Shown here one piece after another: positions 39,807 through 49,573 of a stretch of DNA of 64,000 nt (positions are counted from its first letter, which is position 1; each line of letters starts with the position of its first letter). Made by a program: the position numbers and the translations under genes. The stretch is taken from the NCBI GenBank assembly GCA_002723415.1, contig PBOA01000033.1:4752-68751 (forward strand), read 5' to 3'. The notes beneath the pieces were generated by a model. It did no database searches. It was not told the DNA's origin and saw only the letters and a list, made by a program, of their open reading frames with translations. This stretch comes from Chloroflexota bacterium. Its GTDB lineage: Bacteria > Chloroflexota > Dehalococcoidia > Lucifugimonadales > GCA-002723415.

Positions 39807-41066
39807 TTATTTATTGATAAATGGTCCTTGCTTTAACCCAAAATTTTTAGCAGAAACTCCTAGAACTTTTACAAAACCTTCCGCATCAACATGATCATAA
39901 TTACCAACCCCTTCCATTGATGAGTCATCAGTATACAGCGAATATGGAATTGAAGATTCAGCTTTATCAATATATTCAAAGTAAATATTCCCTTTATATA
40001 CCCTGATATAAATAGTCCCAGTAGCAAAATAATTAATTTTATTTAACATGTCTAAAGCTGTATTTGTAGCAAGGTCAAACCAATAACCTTGATATACTTG
40101 CCTACTAATCACATTGGATAAATTTTCAAATAATTCTCTAGATCTTCTATCTAATATAAATTGAAGCAAATATTCATAAGATTTACCTAAAATCTCCATA
40201 CCTGGAGATTCATAAATACCCCTAGACTTAATTCCAACAAACCTATTTTCTATTACATGTGTCCCAATCCCAATCCCATGTTTGCCACCAATATTATTAG
40301 CAGTATCAAATATATTAACAAGGTCTAATTTCTCATCATTTATAGATATAGGGACTCCTTTTTCCCATTGTATAGATACAATTTCATGTTTATCTTCAGA
40401 TTCCCATGGCCAGACTCCCATGCCAGTATTTACAAAAAATGGAGACAAAGTGACATCTTCAAGGTCTCCTGCTTCATGAGTAAGGCCTAAAAAATTAGCA
40501 TCAGTTGAGTACTTTGATTCAGATTTTGGTTTAATTGGAAGAGAATTAGATATACAATAATCAAGCATTTCATTACGGCCTGGGAATTCGCTTAAAAATT
40601 CTGGATCCCTCCAGGGAGCATAAACTTCAAAATTCGGATATAGCATATTTGAACCTAATTGAAATCTAATCTGGTCATTTCCTCTGCCAGTCGCACCATG
40701 GAATAATGTTTCAATACCTTTATCATTCATAGAATCCAATATCAACTTTGTAGTTACAGGCCTGGCTATACCAGTAGTGTTCCAATATTCTCCTTCATAT
40801 TTAGCTTGAGATTGTATAATTTTTAAACCTGCATCAGCTAATTCTTTTTTCCCATCAATAATATTCGCTGATTTAGCGCCACAAGATAACATTCTAGATA
40901 TTACGACATCTAAATTTTCCTCATCAGGCTGCCCTAAATCAACTGTATATGTATGAATTTCAAAACCTTTTTCAGATAACCAATGAGTAACAGTACAACT
41001 ATCCAATCCTCCTGAAACTGCTCCAGCAATTTTTAAAGACTTAGATTTTAATTCTTTCCAATTCAA
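39807..41066 (-). CDS. argG: Argininosuccinate synthase
   Basis: SGGLDS, ARP, HGATGRGNDQ.RF, PWR, YSTD.N, ENR.VG.KSRG.YE; TTG start. Confidence 0.96.
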   Translation of the reverse strand: MNWKELKSKSLKIAGAVSGGLDSCTVTHWLSEKGFEIHTYTVDLGQPDEENLDVVISRMLSCGAKSANIIDGKKELADAGLKIIQSQAKYEGEYWNTTGIARPVTTKLILDSMNDKGIETLFHGATGRGNDQIRFQLGSNMLYPNFEVYAPWRDPEFLSEFPGRNEMLDYCISNSLPIKPKSESKYSTDANFLGLTHEAGDLEDVTLSPFFVNTGMGVWPWESEDKHEIVSIQWEKGVPISINDEKLDLVNIFDTANNIGGKHGIGIGTHVIENRFVGIKSRGIYESPGMEILGKSYEYLLQFILDRRSRELFENLSNVISRQVYQGYWFDLATNTALDMLNKINYFATGTIYIRVYKGNIYFEYIDKAESSIPYSLYTDDSSMEGVGNYDHVDAEGFVKVLGVSAKNFGLKQGPFINK

Positions 41067-41090
41067 ATCAACCTCTCTAATTATAATTTA

Positions 41091-42281
41091 TCAACTTGAA
41101 AGTTTATCAAGCGATTTTTTTAATATATTAAAAGCTTTAGAAGCTTCATCAATACTTACCGTTAGTGGAGGCATTAAACGTATAGCATCTGGGCGTAATG
41201 GATTCGTCAAAAGACCATTATCATTACAAATTGAAACTAAATCTGCAGAGATTTCCGAATTAAATTGAATAGCCCATAATAACCCAATCCCTCTAATATC
41301 TTGAATTATTTCAAATTCATTCTTAATTTTATTCAACTCATTTCTAAAATAATTTTCCATTTTAGAAACTTTATCAACTATTTTTTCATTTATAATATAT
41401 TCCGTAGATGCAAATGCTGCAGAACAAGTTAACGCATTACCCCCAAATGTAGACCCATGATCCCCAGGATCAAAAGCACATGCTTGGTCTTTAGCTAAAA
41501 ATGCTCCTATAGGAACACCTCCACCCAAACCTTTAGCTAAAGTCATAATATCAGGCTCAACATCAAAAACCTGATAACCAAATAACTTCCCTAACCTACC
41601 TAAACCTGTTTGTACTTCATCGAATATAAGTAATATACCATTTTCATCACACCATTTGCGCACATTTTTTAAATAATTTTTATCTGGAATATTTACGCCT
41701 CCTTCTCCTTGAACAGGCTCAAGCATCACTGCAACAGTTTTATCATCGGTAGCTTTTTTTATTTCTTCCAAATCATTATAATTGACATGTTTAAAGCCAG
41801 TAGGGATAGGTTGAAATATATCTTGATATTTGGGCTGGCCTGTTGCAGCTACCGACATCATTGTCCTGCCATGGAAAGAATTAAATGCAGTAATTATCTC
41901 AAATGCATTATTTAAATTTTTCTTGCCAAATTTACGTGCCAATTTTATAGCACCTTCATTAGCTTCAGTACCACTATTGCAAATAAATATTTTATCTAAA
42001 CAGCTATTTTCTACTAATATTTCAGCTAATTTTAATTGAGGTACAGTATAAAATTGATTAGATGTTTGTAACAAAGTATTTGCTTGTTCTGAAATTGCTT
42101 TAGAAACATACTTATTAGAATGCCCCACATTATTAACTGCCCAGCCTGAAGTAAAATCTATGTACTCTTTACCATTATCATCCCAGACATAAGTTCCTTC
42201 ACCTTTAACTATCACTATAGGTTGTCGTTTCACAACAAACATATAATAATTACTCTCAATTTCTTTCCAATCCTTACTCAT
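41091..42281 (-). CDS. argD: Acetylornithine aminotransferase
   Basis: NSGTEANE.AIK, SFHGRT, EPVQGEGG, DEVQTG.GR, TLAKGLGGG, HGSTFGGN; ATG 42281 after GGAGGTG. Confidence 0.95.
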   Translation of the reverse strand: MSKDWKEIESNYYMFVVKRQPIVIVKGEGTYVWDDNGKEYIDFTSGWAVNNVGHSNKYVSKAISEQANTLLQTSNQFYTVPQLKLAEILVENSCLDKIFICNSGTEANEGAIKLARKFGKKNLNNAFEIITAFNSFHGRTMMSVAATGQPKYQDIFQPIPTGFKHVNYNDLEEIKKATDDKTVAVMLEPVQGEGGVNIPDKNYLKNVRKWCDENGILLIFDEVQTGLGRLGKLFGYQVFDVEPDIMTLAKGLGGGVPIGAFLAKDQACAFDPGDHGSTFGGNALTCSAAFASTEYIINEKIVDKVSKMENYFRNELNKIKNEFEIIQDIRGIGLLWAIQFNSEISADLVSICNDNGLLTNPLRPDAIRLMPPLTVSIDEASKAFNILKKSLDKLSS

Positions 42282-42292
42282 ATTCACCTCCT

Positions 42293-45082
42293 TTAATCAA
42301 CATCACTTTTAAGCATTTCAAACTTCTTTTCTAATTCAATTATGATATCTTTCAAATTATTTATTATTTCAGTCATTTCTACAACATCAGTTTCTGTTAT
42401 ATCCATATTTACTTTATTTGAAATTTCCAACCTGTCATTTTGAGATTCATTAATATTTTTTAAATCAGTTATCCCTAATAAAGACTGCATAGCCAATGTT
42501 AAAGAATCTTCCATTACTACTTTTTCTCCGCTAGCTAAAATTACTTTTTTAAGCTCAGGAAAATCTACTCCTTCAGCCTGTATATATATAGGTTCAGCAT
42601 ATAATATAGATCCTCCTAATGGAACAACTAACAAATTACCTCTTATACATGAAGAACCTTCAACACACCTAAGTGAAAACCAAGCAGAAATATCTTGATC
42701 ATTATCTATTCTCGCTTCAACTTGCTCAGTCCCATCTATTTGTCTATCTTTAGGGAAACTAAATGATAGTAATTTACCAAAATTCTCCCCATCACTCCTT
42801 GCAGCTAACCAACCAATAAGATTTTTTCTCTGATTTGGTGTGTATGGAATCAATTGGACAAATTCTGAATCATCTTCCCCGGGAAGTTTCATTATAACGT
42901 AATAAGGAGCAACTTCTTTTAACTCATCTTTATTCCCAAATTTTTCTTTTGAAAATTCCCATAAATCTTCATCATTATAAAAATTCTCAGTATTCTCCAT
43001 ATGATACTTCGAATAAACTTTAGCTTGTAAAGTAAAAAGATCTTGAGGGTATCTAGTATGATTTTTAAGATGATCGGATATATTATATTTACTAGTAAAT
43101 AAATCAGGAAATACTTTCTGGTAAGTAAGAGCGATTGGATCTTTATCATCCCATAAATAAAAATCCACATCTCCTTCAAATGCATTAAGAGTTACCTTAA
43201 CACTATTCCTAATATAATTAATAGACTGATTGTCAAAATATGTTTCAAATTGTGCATAAGGATATTTGTCTGTACTTGTGTAGGCATCTTGTATCCAAAT
43301 AAGATTTTCTTTATCCGCAACAATATATGGATCCGCATCCAAGGTTAAAAATGGAGCAATTTTATTAATACGTTCCGTCAGTGACCTTCTATATTGTATT
43401 AAACTTTCATTTGTTATTTCCCCACTTATAAGTATATTTAAATCCCTAAATTCTATTGCGTACAATAATCTTTTAAAAGTAGAATCTAAAACAACTCCTC
43501 CTGATCCCCAATAGTTTATTCTAAAAAGATCTCCTTCATCAGTTTGATAATCTAATTCCTTTGTTTTTGTATTTACAATTGCATATGGATAATCATTTTC
43601 ACCATAATAAATCCTGGGATTTGATACTAGAAATTCTTCTTCTGAATCTTTAATTGAGTAATCTTTTACAGGTATTATTCCATTGTTTGGAATATCTTTT
43701 GCAAAAAATTCCGGACGGCCTTCCAATGTAAAATCCGTAACAGGACTCATAGCAAATCCTATCCCATGAGTATAAACTAATTTTTGATTTACCCAAGTAC
43801 GAGCATCTTCAGTGAGCTTTTCAGGAGCCACTTCACGAGGGGATAATAAAACCTGGCTAGATTTGGAATTAATCTCATACCTGTCAACATCAGCATCTAT
43901 AAAATCATAATAAGGCCTTATCAATTGAATCTGCTTGTATACACTTAATAAAGGTTTGTGATCCCATAATCTAATATTATTTATAGTCTCAGAATTTTCG
44001 GAAATTACTTTTGATGTAACCCCAGTATCAGTTATTGGCAAAAAAACATTTTCAATATTATTTAAACCAAAAGCCATCTTAGTAAATTCTATGTTTCTAG
44101 ATATATATTTTGATTCTTTTACAAATTCAGCAGGCTTAACTATAAACCGTTGCATTGATATTGGCAAAAGTATAGTAATTATAGCTAAAGAAACAAACCA
44201 AATTATTATACCTCCTAGCACAATTTTATTACTCTTAATATAAATGTTTGCCAAGAAAAGTAAAGTTATAATTATTCCTATCAAAGACAAAACTAACAAG
44301 CCTATTTTTTTTATATGTATATCTGTATATAGAGCTCCGTCAACTAATCCTCCTTCTGACAATACAATATCCCATCTATTCAAAAAACTCCCTATAGCCA
44401 GCATAAACATAATAAAAGCCAAAATTAAAGATAATTGAATCCAATTACTATCTTTCATTTCAAATTTAACACCCCTTATTAATGAGTTGATGAAATAAAT
44501 TGCACCAGTAATAATTAATGTCAAAATTGAAACAGTTAACAGCCAGCCTTGAATTGTATAAAGAACCGGTAATTGAAAAACATAAAAAGATATATCTTTT
44601 CCAAAAACAGGATCTGATTGATTAAATTGAGAAAAGTTAAAAAACATTAAAATTTCTAGCCAAGAGCTAGATAATACAAAGCCAGAAAACAATCCAAAAA
44701 GCAAAATTATAACCAAATAAATCCAAAAAGTAATTTTTTTATACAACTTAAGGATTGACCCGTCTGAATCAAATTGGACAGGCCCTTTAGAAATTTTATT
44801 TGCATAATAGATATTAATCCCTAAAATTGAAGAAGCTATAAAACCTCCCAAAAATATTAATGTGATTTTTGCAAATACTGTCTTTAACAAAACACTTTGA
44901 AAACCTAATTGTTCATACCAAAGGTAATCAGTATATACAGCTCTAATATAATTTAAAATTAAAATTAAAATTACTAATGATATTATTAACGTTCCTATTT
45001 TAATAAAACGACTTAATTGACTTGAAAGACTATTAAAATCTAAGTCTTCAAAAAACAATTTCTGGTTTGAATCGGTTGCCAA
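42293..45082 (-). CDS. UPF0182 family membrane protein
   Basis: DPVF.KD.SFY.F.LP, NIRLWD, YTHG.G, PRIYYGE, NYIRNSVK, RYP.DLF, RGNLLV.P. Confidence 0.93.
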   Translation of the reverse strand: MATDSNQKLFFEDLDFNSLSSQLSRFIKIGTLIISLVILILILNYIRAVYTDYLWYEQLGFQSVLLKTVFAKITLIFLGGFIASSILGINIYYANKISKGPVQFDSDGSILKLYKKITFWIYLVIILLFGLFSGFVLSSSWLEILMFFNFSQFNQSDPVFGKDISFYVFQLPVLYTIQGWLLTVSILTLIITGAIYFINSLIRGVKFEMKDSNWIQLSLILAFIMFMLAIGSFLNRWDIVLSEGGLVDGALYTDIHIKKIGLLVLSLIGIIITLLFLANIYIKSNKIVLGGIIIWFVSLAIITILLPISMQRFIVKPAEFVKESKYISRNIEFTKMAFGLNNIENVFLPITDTGVTSKVISENSETINNIRLWDHKPLLSVYKQIQLIRPYYDFIDADVDRYEINSKSSQVLLSPREVAPEKLTEDARTWVNQKLVYTHGIGFAMSPVTDFTLEGRPEFFAKDIPNNGIIPVKDYSIKDSEEEFLVSNPRIYYGENDYPYAIVNTKTKELDYQTDEGDLFRINYWGSGGVVLDSTFKRLLYAIEFRDLNILISGEITNESLIQYRRSLTERINKIAPFLTLDADPYIVADKENLIWIQDAYTSTDKYPYAQFETYFDNQSINYIRNSVKVTLNAFEGDVDFYLWDDKDPIALTYQKVFPDLFTSKYNISDHLKNHTRYPQDLFTLQAKVYSKYHMENTENFYNDEDLWEFSKEKFGNKDELKEVAPYYVIMKLPGEDDSEFVQLIPYTPNQRKNLIGWLAARSDGENFGKLLSFSFPKDRQIDGTEQVEARIDNDQDISAWFSLRCVEGSSCIRGNLLVVPLGGSILYAEPIYIQAEGVDFPELKKVILASGEKVVMEDSLTLAMQSLLGITDLKNINESQNDRLEISNKVNMDITETDVVEMTEIINNLKDIIIELEKKFEMLKSDVD

Positions 45083-45098
45083 TTTATCCTCCTAAAGT

Positions 45099-45875
45099 TT
45101 AAATAATTGTTGTTCCAAAACCTTTGTTATAATAAGCGTCTATTAAAATATGTTGTTTACGCCCATCTATTATATTCGTATTAACATTATTTTGAGAAGC
45201 AGTTAAACAAGCTTCGAGTTTTGGGATCATTCCTCCATCCACTACTCTTGATTTAATCAAATCAGCAACTTGCCTTTTAGTTAATTTAGGTATCAATCGC
45301 TTGTTTGAATCAAGGACTCCAGGTACATCAGTTAAAAAATAAAGATTACTTGCATTTAATGTCGATGCTATATGCCCAGCGGCAATATCAGCATTTAAAT
45401 TTAACAAAGAATATTTATTTTGCTCAGAATTGATTTGCTCATAACCTACTGACGCAATTACAGGTATATATCCTGACTTAAGAGACGACTCAATAATATC
45501 AGTATTAGTCTTTTTAACATCTCCAACAAATCCTAAAATATCGTTTCGTTTCTCAGATATCAACATACCACCATCAACACCGCTAATCCCTAATGCCTTG
45601 CCACCTATAGAAATCAAACTAGCAACTAAATTTTTATTAATTAACCCTGTCAGTACAGCTACTACAATTTCAAGACTTACGCTGTCAGTAACACGAAGAC
45701 CTTTACTAAATTTAGGCCTCAGCCCTTGCCTTGCCATCCATTTAGTAACTAGATTGCCTCCCCCATGAATAACAACAACACTTACTCCATTTTTTTGAAG
45801 ATGTACTATATCTTCTAATGCAGTATCATGTTCTCCAAGAGTACTTCCTCCAATTTTAACAACTACCGTCCCAAT
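45099..45875 (-). CDS. argB: Acetylglutamate kinase; extends upstream of the listed ORF, apparent ATT start
   Basis: Same frame upstream reads IGTVVVKIGGSTL...VVVIHGGG, then GLRVTD, N.NAD.AA, LTDV.G, GGMIPK. Confidence 0.93.
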   Translation of the reverse strand: MGTVVVKIGGSTLGEHDTALEDIVHLQKNGVSVVVIHGGGNLVTKWMARQGLRPKFSKGLRVTDSVSLEIVVAVLTGLINKNLVASLISIGGKALGISGVDGGMLISEKRNDILGFVGDVKKTNTDIIESSLKSGYIPVIASVGYEQINSEQNKYSLLNLNADIAAGHIASTLNASNLYFLTDVPGVLDSNKRLIPKLTKRQVADLIKSRVVDGGMIPKLEACLTASQNNVNTNIIDGRKQHILIDAYYNKGFGTTII

Positions 45876-45950
45876 ATAATCAACTCCTAACTAATCATTA
45901 TAATAATACAGCAAATACGTAATAAAACTTAAATATTCATTATCAATTAC

Positions 45951-47156
45951 TTAAGTAGTATAAGCAGAATTAAAAATCACATATTCTTCTGTCAAATCAC
46001 ATCCCCAAGCAGTAGCTTTAGATTCTCCTACATTAAGGGATATTTTAAAAATAACTTTTTCAGACTTCATAGCTCCTAGAACTGCTTCATTAAAATAAGG
46101 TATAGCTTTCCCTTCATGAACTATATGAATATCATTGATAAAAATATCTATCTTATCTTCAACCATTTCAGATCCAGTTTTACCTAAAGCCATCATTATT
46201 CTTCCCCAATTAGGGTCTTTACCATGCACCATAGCTTTCACTAGATTAGAAGAAGCAATACCTCTAGATGCTTTTGCAGCATCTTCAAAAGACTTTGCTC
46301 CCTGAACTTCTACTTCAATTAAAGTCTGTGCCCCTTCTCCATCAATCACTAAACTTTTAGCAAGTTCAATACAAACATAATTTAAAGCTTCTTGAAACTG
46401 TTCAGCATAAATAGAATCCTTAGAAATATTCACATTGCCTGAAACTCCATTGGCAAACCCAAGCACAGTATCATTAGTACTTTGATCTCCATCTACATCA
46501 ATCATATTAAAAGAAATATCTACAGCTTTTTTTAATGATTCTTGGAAGAATCTTCCTTCAACATTGGCATCAGTTGTTATAAACCCTAGCATAGTTGCCA
46601 TATCAGGATGAATCATTCCCGACCCTTTAGCAGCTCCACCTATTGTAACTTTAACTTCATCTATTTCAATCGTAACCGCAAATTGTTTATTATAAGTATC
46701 TGTAGTCATAATAGCTTTTGAAAAATCTTCCCCGCCTTCTTCATTTAAAACAATATTATTAATATTCTGCCTTATCAAAGCCATAGGCAATTCAACTCCA
46801 ATTTTACCAGTACTACAAATAAGCATTTTTTCTGGATTGATATTAAAGATATTTGCAGCCAAAGAAGTCATTTCTTGAGCATCAGTAAACCCATGAGAAC
46901 CCACAGAACAATTAGCACAACCACTATTTACAACTACTCCATGTGCTTTGAGATCAGTAGATCTTTTTCTACTTAATGTTACTGACGGAGATTCAATTTT
47001 ATTAGTAGTAAAAACTGAAGCCAAATCAGCTTCTTTTTCAGAATATAAAATTGCTAGGTCTAAGGCCCCAATTTCTGATTTCAAACCTGCTGATATAGCT
47101 CCAGCAATATATCCTTTTGGAGTCGTAACACCTCCATTCTGAATCAACTCTAACAT
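45951..47156 (-). CDS. argJ: Bifunctional ornithine acetyltransferase/N-acetylglutamate synthase
   Basis: NSG.AN, STG.IG, IMTTDT, KGSGMIHP.MATML, DGD.STND, DGEGA, DPNWGR, GCDL. Confidence 0.97.
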   Translation of the reverse strand: MLELIQNGGVTTPKGYIAGAISAGLKSEIGALDLAILYSEKEADLASVFTTNKIESPSVTLSRKRSTDLKAHGVVVNSGCANCSVGSHGFTDAQEMTSLAANIFNINPEKMLICSTGKIGVELPMALIRQNINNIVLNEEGGEDFSKAIMTTDTYNKQFAVTIEIDEVKVTIGGAAKGSGMIHPDMATMLGFITTDANVEGRFFQESLKKAVDISFNMIDVDGDQSTNDTVLGFANGVSGNVNISKDSIYAEQFQEALNYVCIELAKSLVIDGEGAQTLIEVEVQGAKSFEDAAKASRGIASSNLVKAMVHGKDPNWGRIMMALGKTGSEMVEDKIDIFINDIHIVHEGKAIPYFNEAVLGAMKSEKVIFKISLNVGESKATAWGCDLTEEYVIFNSAYTT

Positions 47157-47310
47157 AATACAATATCCTTATGAATTCATATTAGAAAAAAACTTTCTAG
47201 CCGAGTATAACACAGCATAGTAATTCAATAAAGTAAGTGAAATATTTGTTGCTTTTTAAGCTATGATTATGTTTAATAATAATGTTGACTAAATTAAAAC
47301 ATTTTATATT

Positions 47311-49563
47311 TTGAAAGGTAGCACCATGGTTATAGATAACTCCAATGTAAAATATTCATCAATAGGCAAGCGTCCTATAAGGCATGACGGATATGATAAA
47401 GTTACAGGTAAAGCTCAGTTTGGAGCTGATATACACCCAAGTAATTTACTTTATGCTAAAGTTCTTAGAAGTCCTCATGCACACGCTAAAATTCTATCAA
47501 TTAATACTGAAAAAGCTTTGAAACACCCTGGAGTTAAAGCAATAATAACATCTAAAGATTTTCCTAATCATAGTAAAAACCCAGAAGTCTTAGGATCCGG
47601 ACCTCCAATCAATATATATAACCTTGGAACAAATATATTAGCTAGAAATAAAGTACTATATAAGGGTCATGCTATAGCAGCAGTTGCAGCTAATAACGTT
47701 CATACTGCTGAAGAAGCTTTATCCCTAATTGAAATTGACTATGAAGTCTTACCTTCGGTTACTAATGCTGAAGATGCAATGCAAAAAAATGCTCCTTCAA
47801 TCCATCCAGAATACCCTGACAATATAGCAAGTAGAGATAAATTAGAAATAGGAGATATTAACAAAGGTTTTGATAAATCTGATATTTTAATTGAAAGAGA
47901 ATTTAGAACAAGCACAGTACATCAAGGGTATATAGAATTACATTCTGCTACAGCCTTATGGGAGCCAAACAATCATGTAATCCTTTGGACAAGTTCACAG
48001 GGACACTTTCAAATACGCGACCGTACAGCAGCTATATTAGGAATTGCCCCCTCTAGTATAAAAAGTATTCCCATGGAAATTGGAGGAGGATTTGGAGGTA
48101 AAACAACTATATATTTAGAACCTATTTCAGCTATGTTGTCTAAATTAACACGACAACCAGTAAAAACGACGATGAATAGAGCAGAAGTATTAGAAGCAAG
48201 TGGGCCGACATCCGGTTCTTACATGAAAATCAAAATGGGTGCTACTAACGATGGTAAATTAATTGCTGCAGAAGCAAAATTAGTATTTGAAGCAGGAGCT
48301 TTCCCTGGATCACCTATTGGTGGGGCATCACAATGTATTTTTTCCCCTTATGATATTGAAAATGTCTTAGTTGATGGATACGATGTAATTGATAACAAAC
48401 CTAAAACAACTGCATATAGAGCTCCTGGAGCTCCAATAGGCGCATTCGGAGTTGAAACAGTTGTTGATGAAATTTGTACGAATTTAAATATATCTCCATT
48501 AGAATTTAGACTATTAAATGCAGCCAAGGAAGGAACTAGGCGTGCTAATGGCATACTAAACCCTCCTATAGGAATGATTGAAACAGTAGATGCAATTAAG
48601 TCTCATAAACATAATTTGAATGCTCTTAAAGGTAAGAATAGAGGTAGAGGAGTTGCCTCTGGGTTCTGGATGAATGGAACTGGACCTGCATGTGCAATAG
48701 CTAATGTCAATTTTGACGGTAGTGTAAGTCTAACAATCGGTTCAATGGACATAGGTGGAACTAGACCAGGAGCAGCTCAACAGTTTGCCGAAGTATTAGG
48801 AATTCCAGTTGAATCTGTTAACCCGCAAGTTGGAGACACTGACTCAATAGGATATACTTCTATGACTGGAGGAAGTGGCGCAGCATTTAAAACAGGCTGG
48901 GCTAGCTTTGAAGCAGCTGAAGATGTAAGAAGGCAAATGATTGAACGAGCCGCGTTAATTTGGGAAAAACCCATAGAAGAAATTGATTTAAAAAATGGTT
49001 TGTTTTGTCATCAATCTGATACTAAATTACAAGTAAGCTTTAAAGAACTAGCTTCTAAATTAGGTGAAACAGGCGGTCCTGTAGTAGGTAAAGCAAATTT
49101 AGACCCTGCAGGAGCAGGGGGGGCATTTGCAACACATATAGTTGATGTAGAAGTAGATATAGAGACCGGCAAAGTGGAAATACTACAATATACTGCAGCT
49201 CAAGACGTAGGTAAAGCTATTCATCCCAGTTATGTCGAAGGTCAAATACAAGGAGGAGTAGTACAAGGCATTGGATGGGCATTAAACGAAGAATACTTCA
49301 TGAATAATGAAGGTGCTCTTATGAATTCTAGTTTACTTGATTATAGAATGCCTACTTCTTTAGATTTACCAAAAATAAACACAATTATTGTTGAAGTCCC
49401 CAACCCTAATCATCCCTATGGGGTTAGAGGTGTAGGAGAAGTACCTATAGTACCTCCTATGGCTGCTATAGCAAACGCAATATATGATGCTGTTGGAATA
49501 CGACTATTTCAATTGCCTATGAATCCTGCAACAGTATTAAAAGAAATCCAAAAAAACAATTAA
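47311..49563 (+). CDS. Xanthine dehydrogenase family molybdopterin-binding large subunit
   Basis: KVTG.A, RSPHAHA.I, GGGFGGK, AYRAPG, GQIQGG..QG.G, GVGE. Confidence 0.93.
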   Translation: MKGSTMVIDNSNVKYSSIGKRPIRHDGYDKVTGKAQFGADIHPSNLLYAKVLRSPHAHAKILSINTEKALKHPGVKAIITSKDFPNHSKNPEVLGSGPPINIYNLGTNILARNKVLYKGHAIAAVAANNVHTAEEALSLIEIDYEVLPSVTNAEDAMQKNAPSIHPEYPDNIASRDKLEIGDINKGFDKSDILIEREFRTSTVHQGYIELHSATALWEPNNHVILWTSSQGHFQIRDRTAAILGIAPSSIKSIPMEIGGGFGGKTTIYLEPISAMLSKLTRQPVKTTMNRAEVLEASGPTSGSYMKIKMGATNDGKLIAAEAKLVFEAGAFPGSPIGGASQCIFSPYDIENVLVDGYDVIDNKPKTTAYRAPGAPIGAFGVETVVDEICTNLNISPLEFRLLNAAKEGTRRANGILNPPIGMIETVDAIKSHKHNLNALKGKNRGRGVASGFWMNGTGPACAIANVNFDGSVSLTIGSMDIGGTRPGAAQQFAEVLGIPVESVNPQVGDTDSIGYTSMTGGSGAAFKTGWASFEAAEDVRRQMIERAALIWEKPIEEIDLKNGLFCHQSDTKLQVSFKELASKLGETGGPVVGKANLDPAGAGGAFATHIVDVEVDIETGKVEILQYTAAQDVGKAIHPSYVEGQIQGGVVQGIGWALNEEYFMNNEGALMNSSLLDYRMPTSLDLPKINTIIVEVPNPNHPYGVRGVGEVPIVPPMAAIANAIYDAVGIRLFQLPMNPATVLKEIQKNN

Positions 49564-49573
49564 ATTATTTTAT

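Noticed and set aside
45099-45737. argB as a 5'-truncated pseudogene
   Set aside because: The frame stays open upstream with intact VVKIGG/HGGG motifs and a well-spaced RBS.
47311-49563. Aerobic CO dehydrogenase CoxL
   Set aside because: The active-site loop is AYRAPG, not AYxCSFR (form I) or AYRGAGR (form II), and no coxM/S is adjacent.
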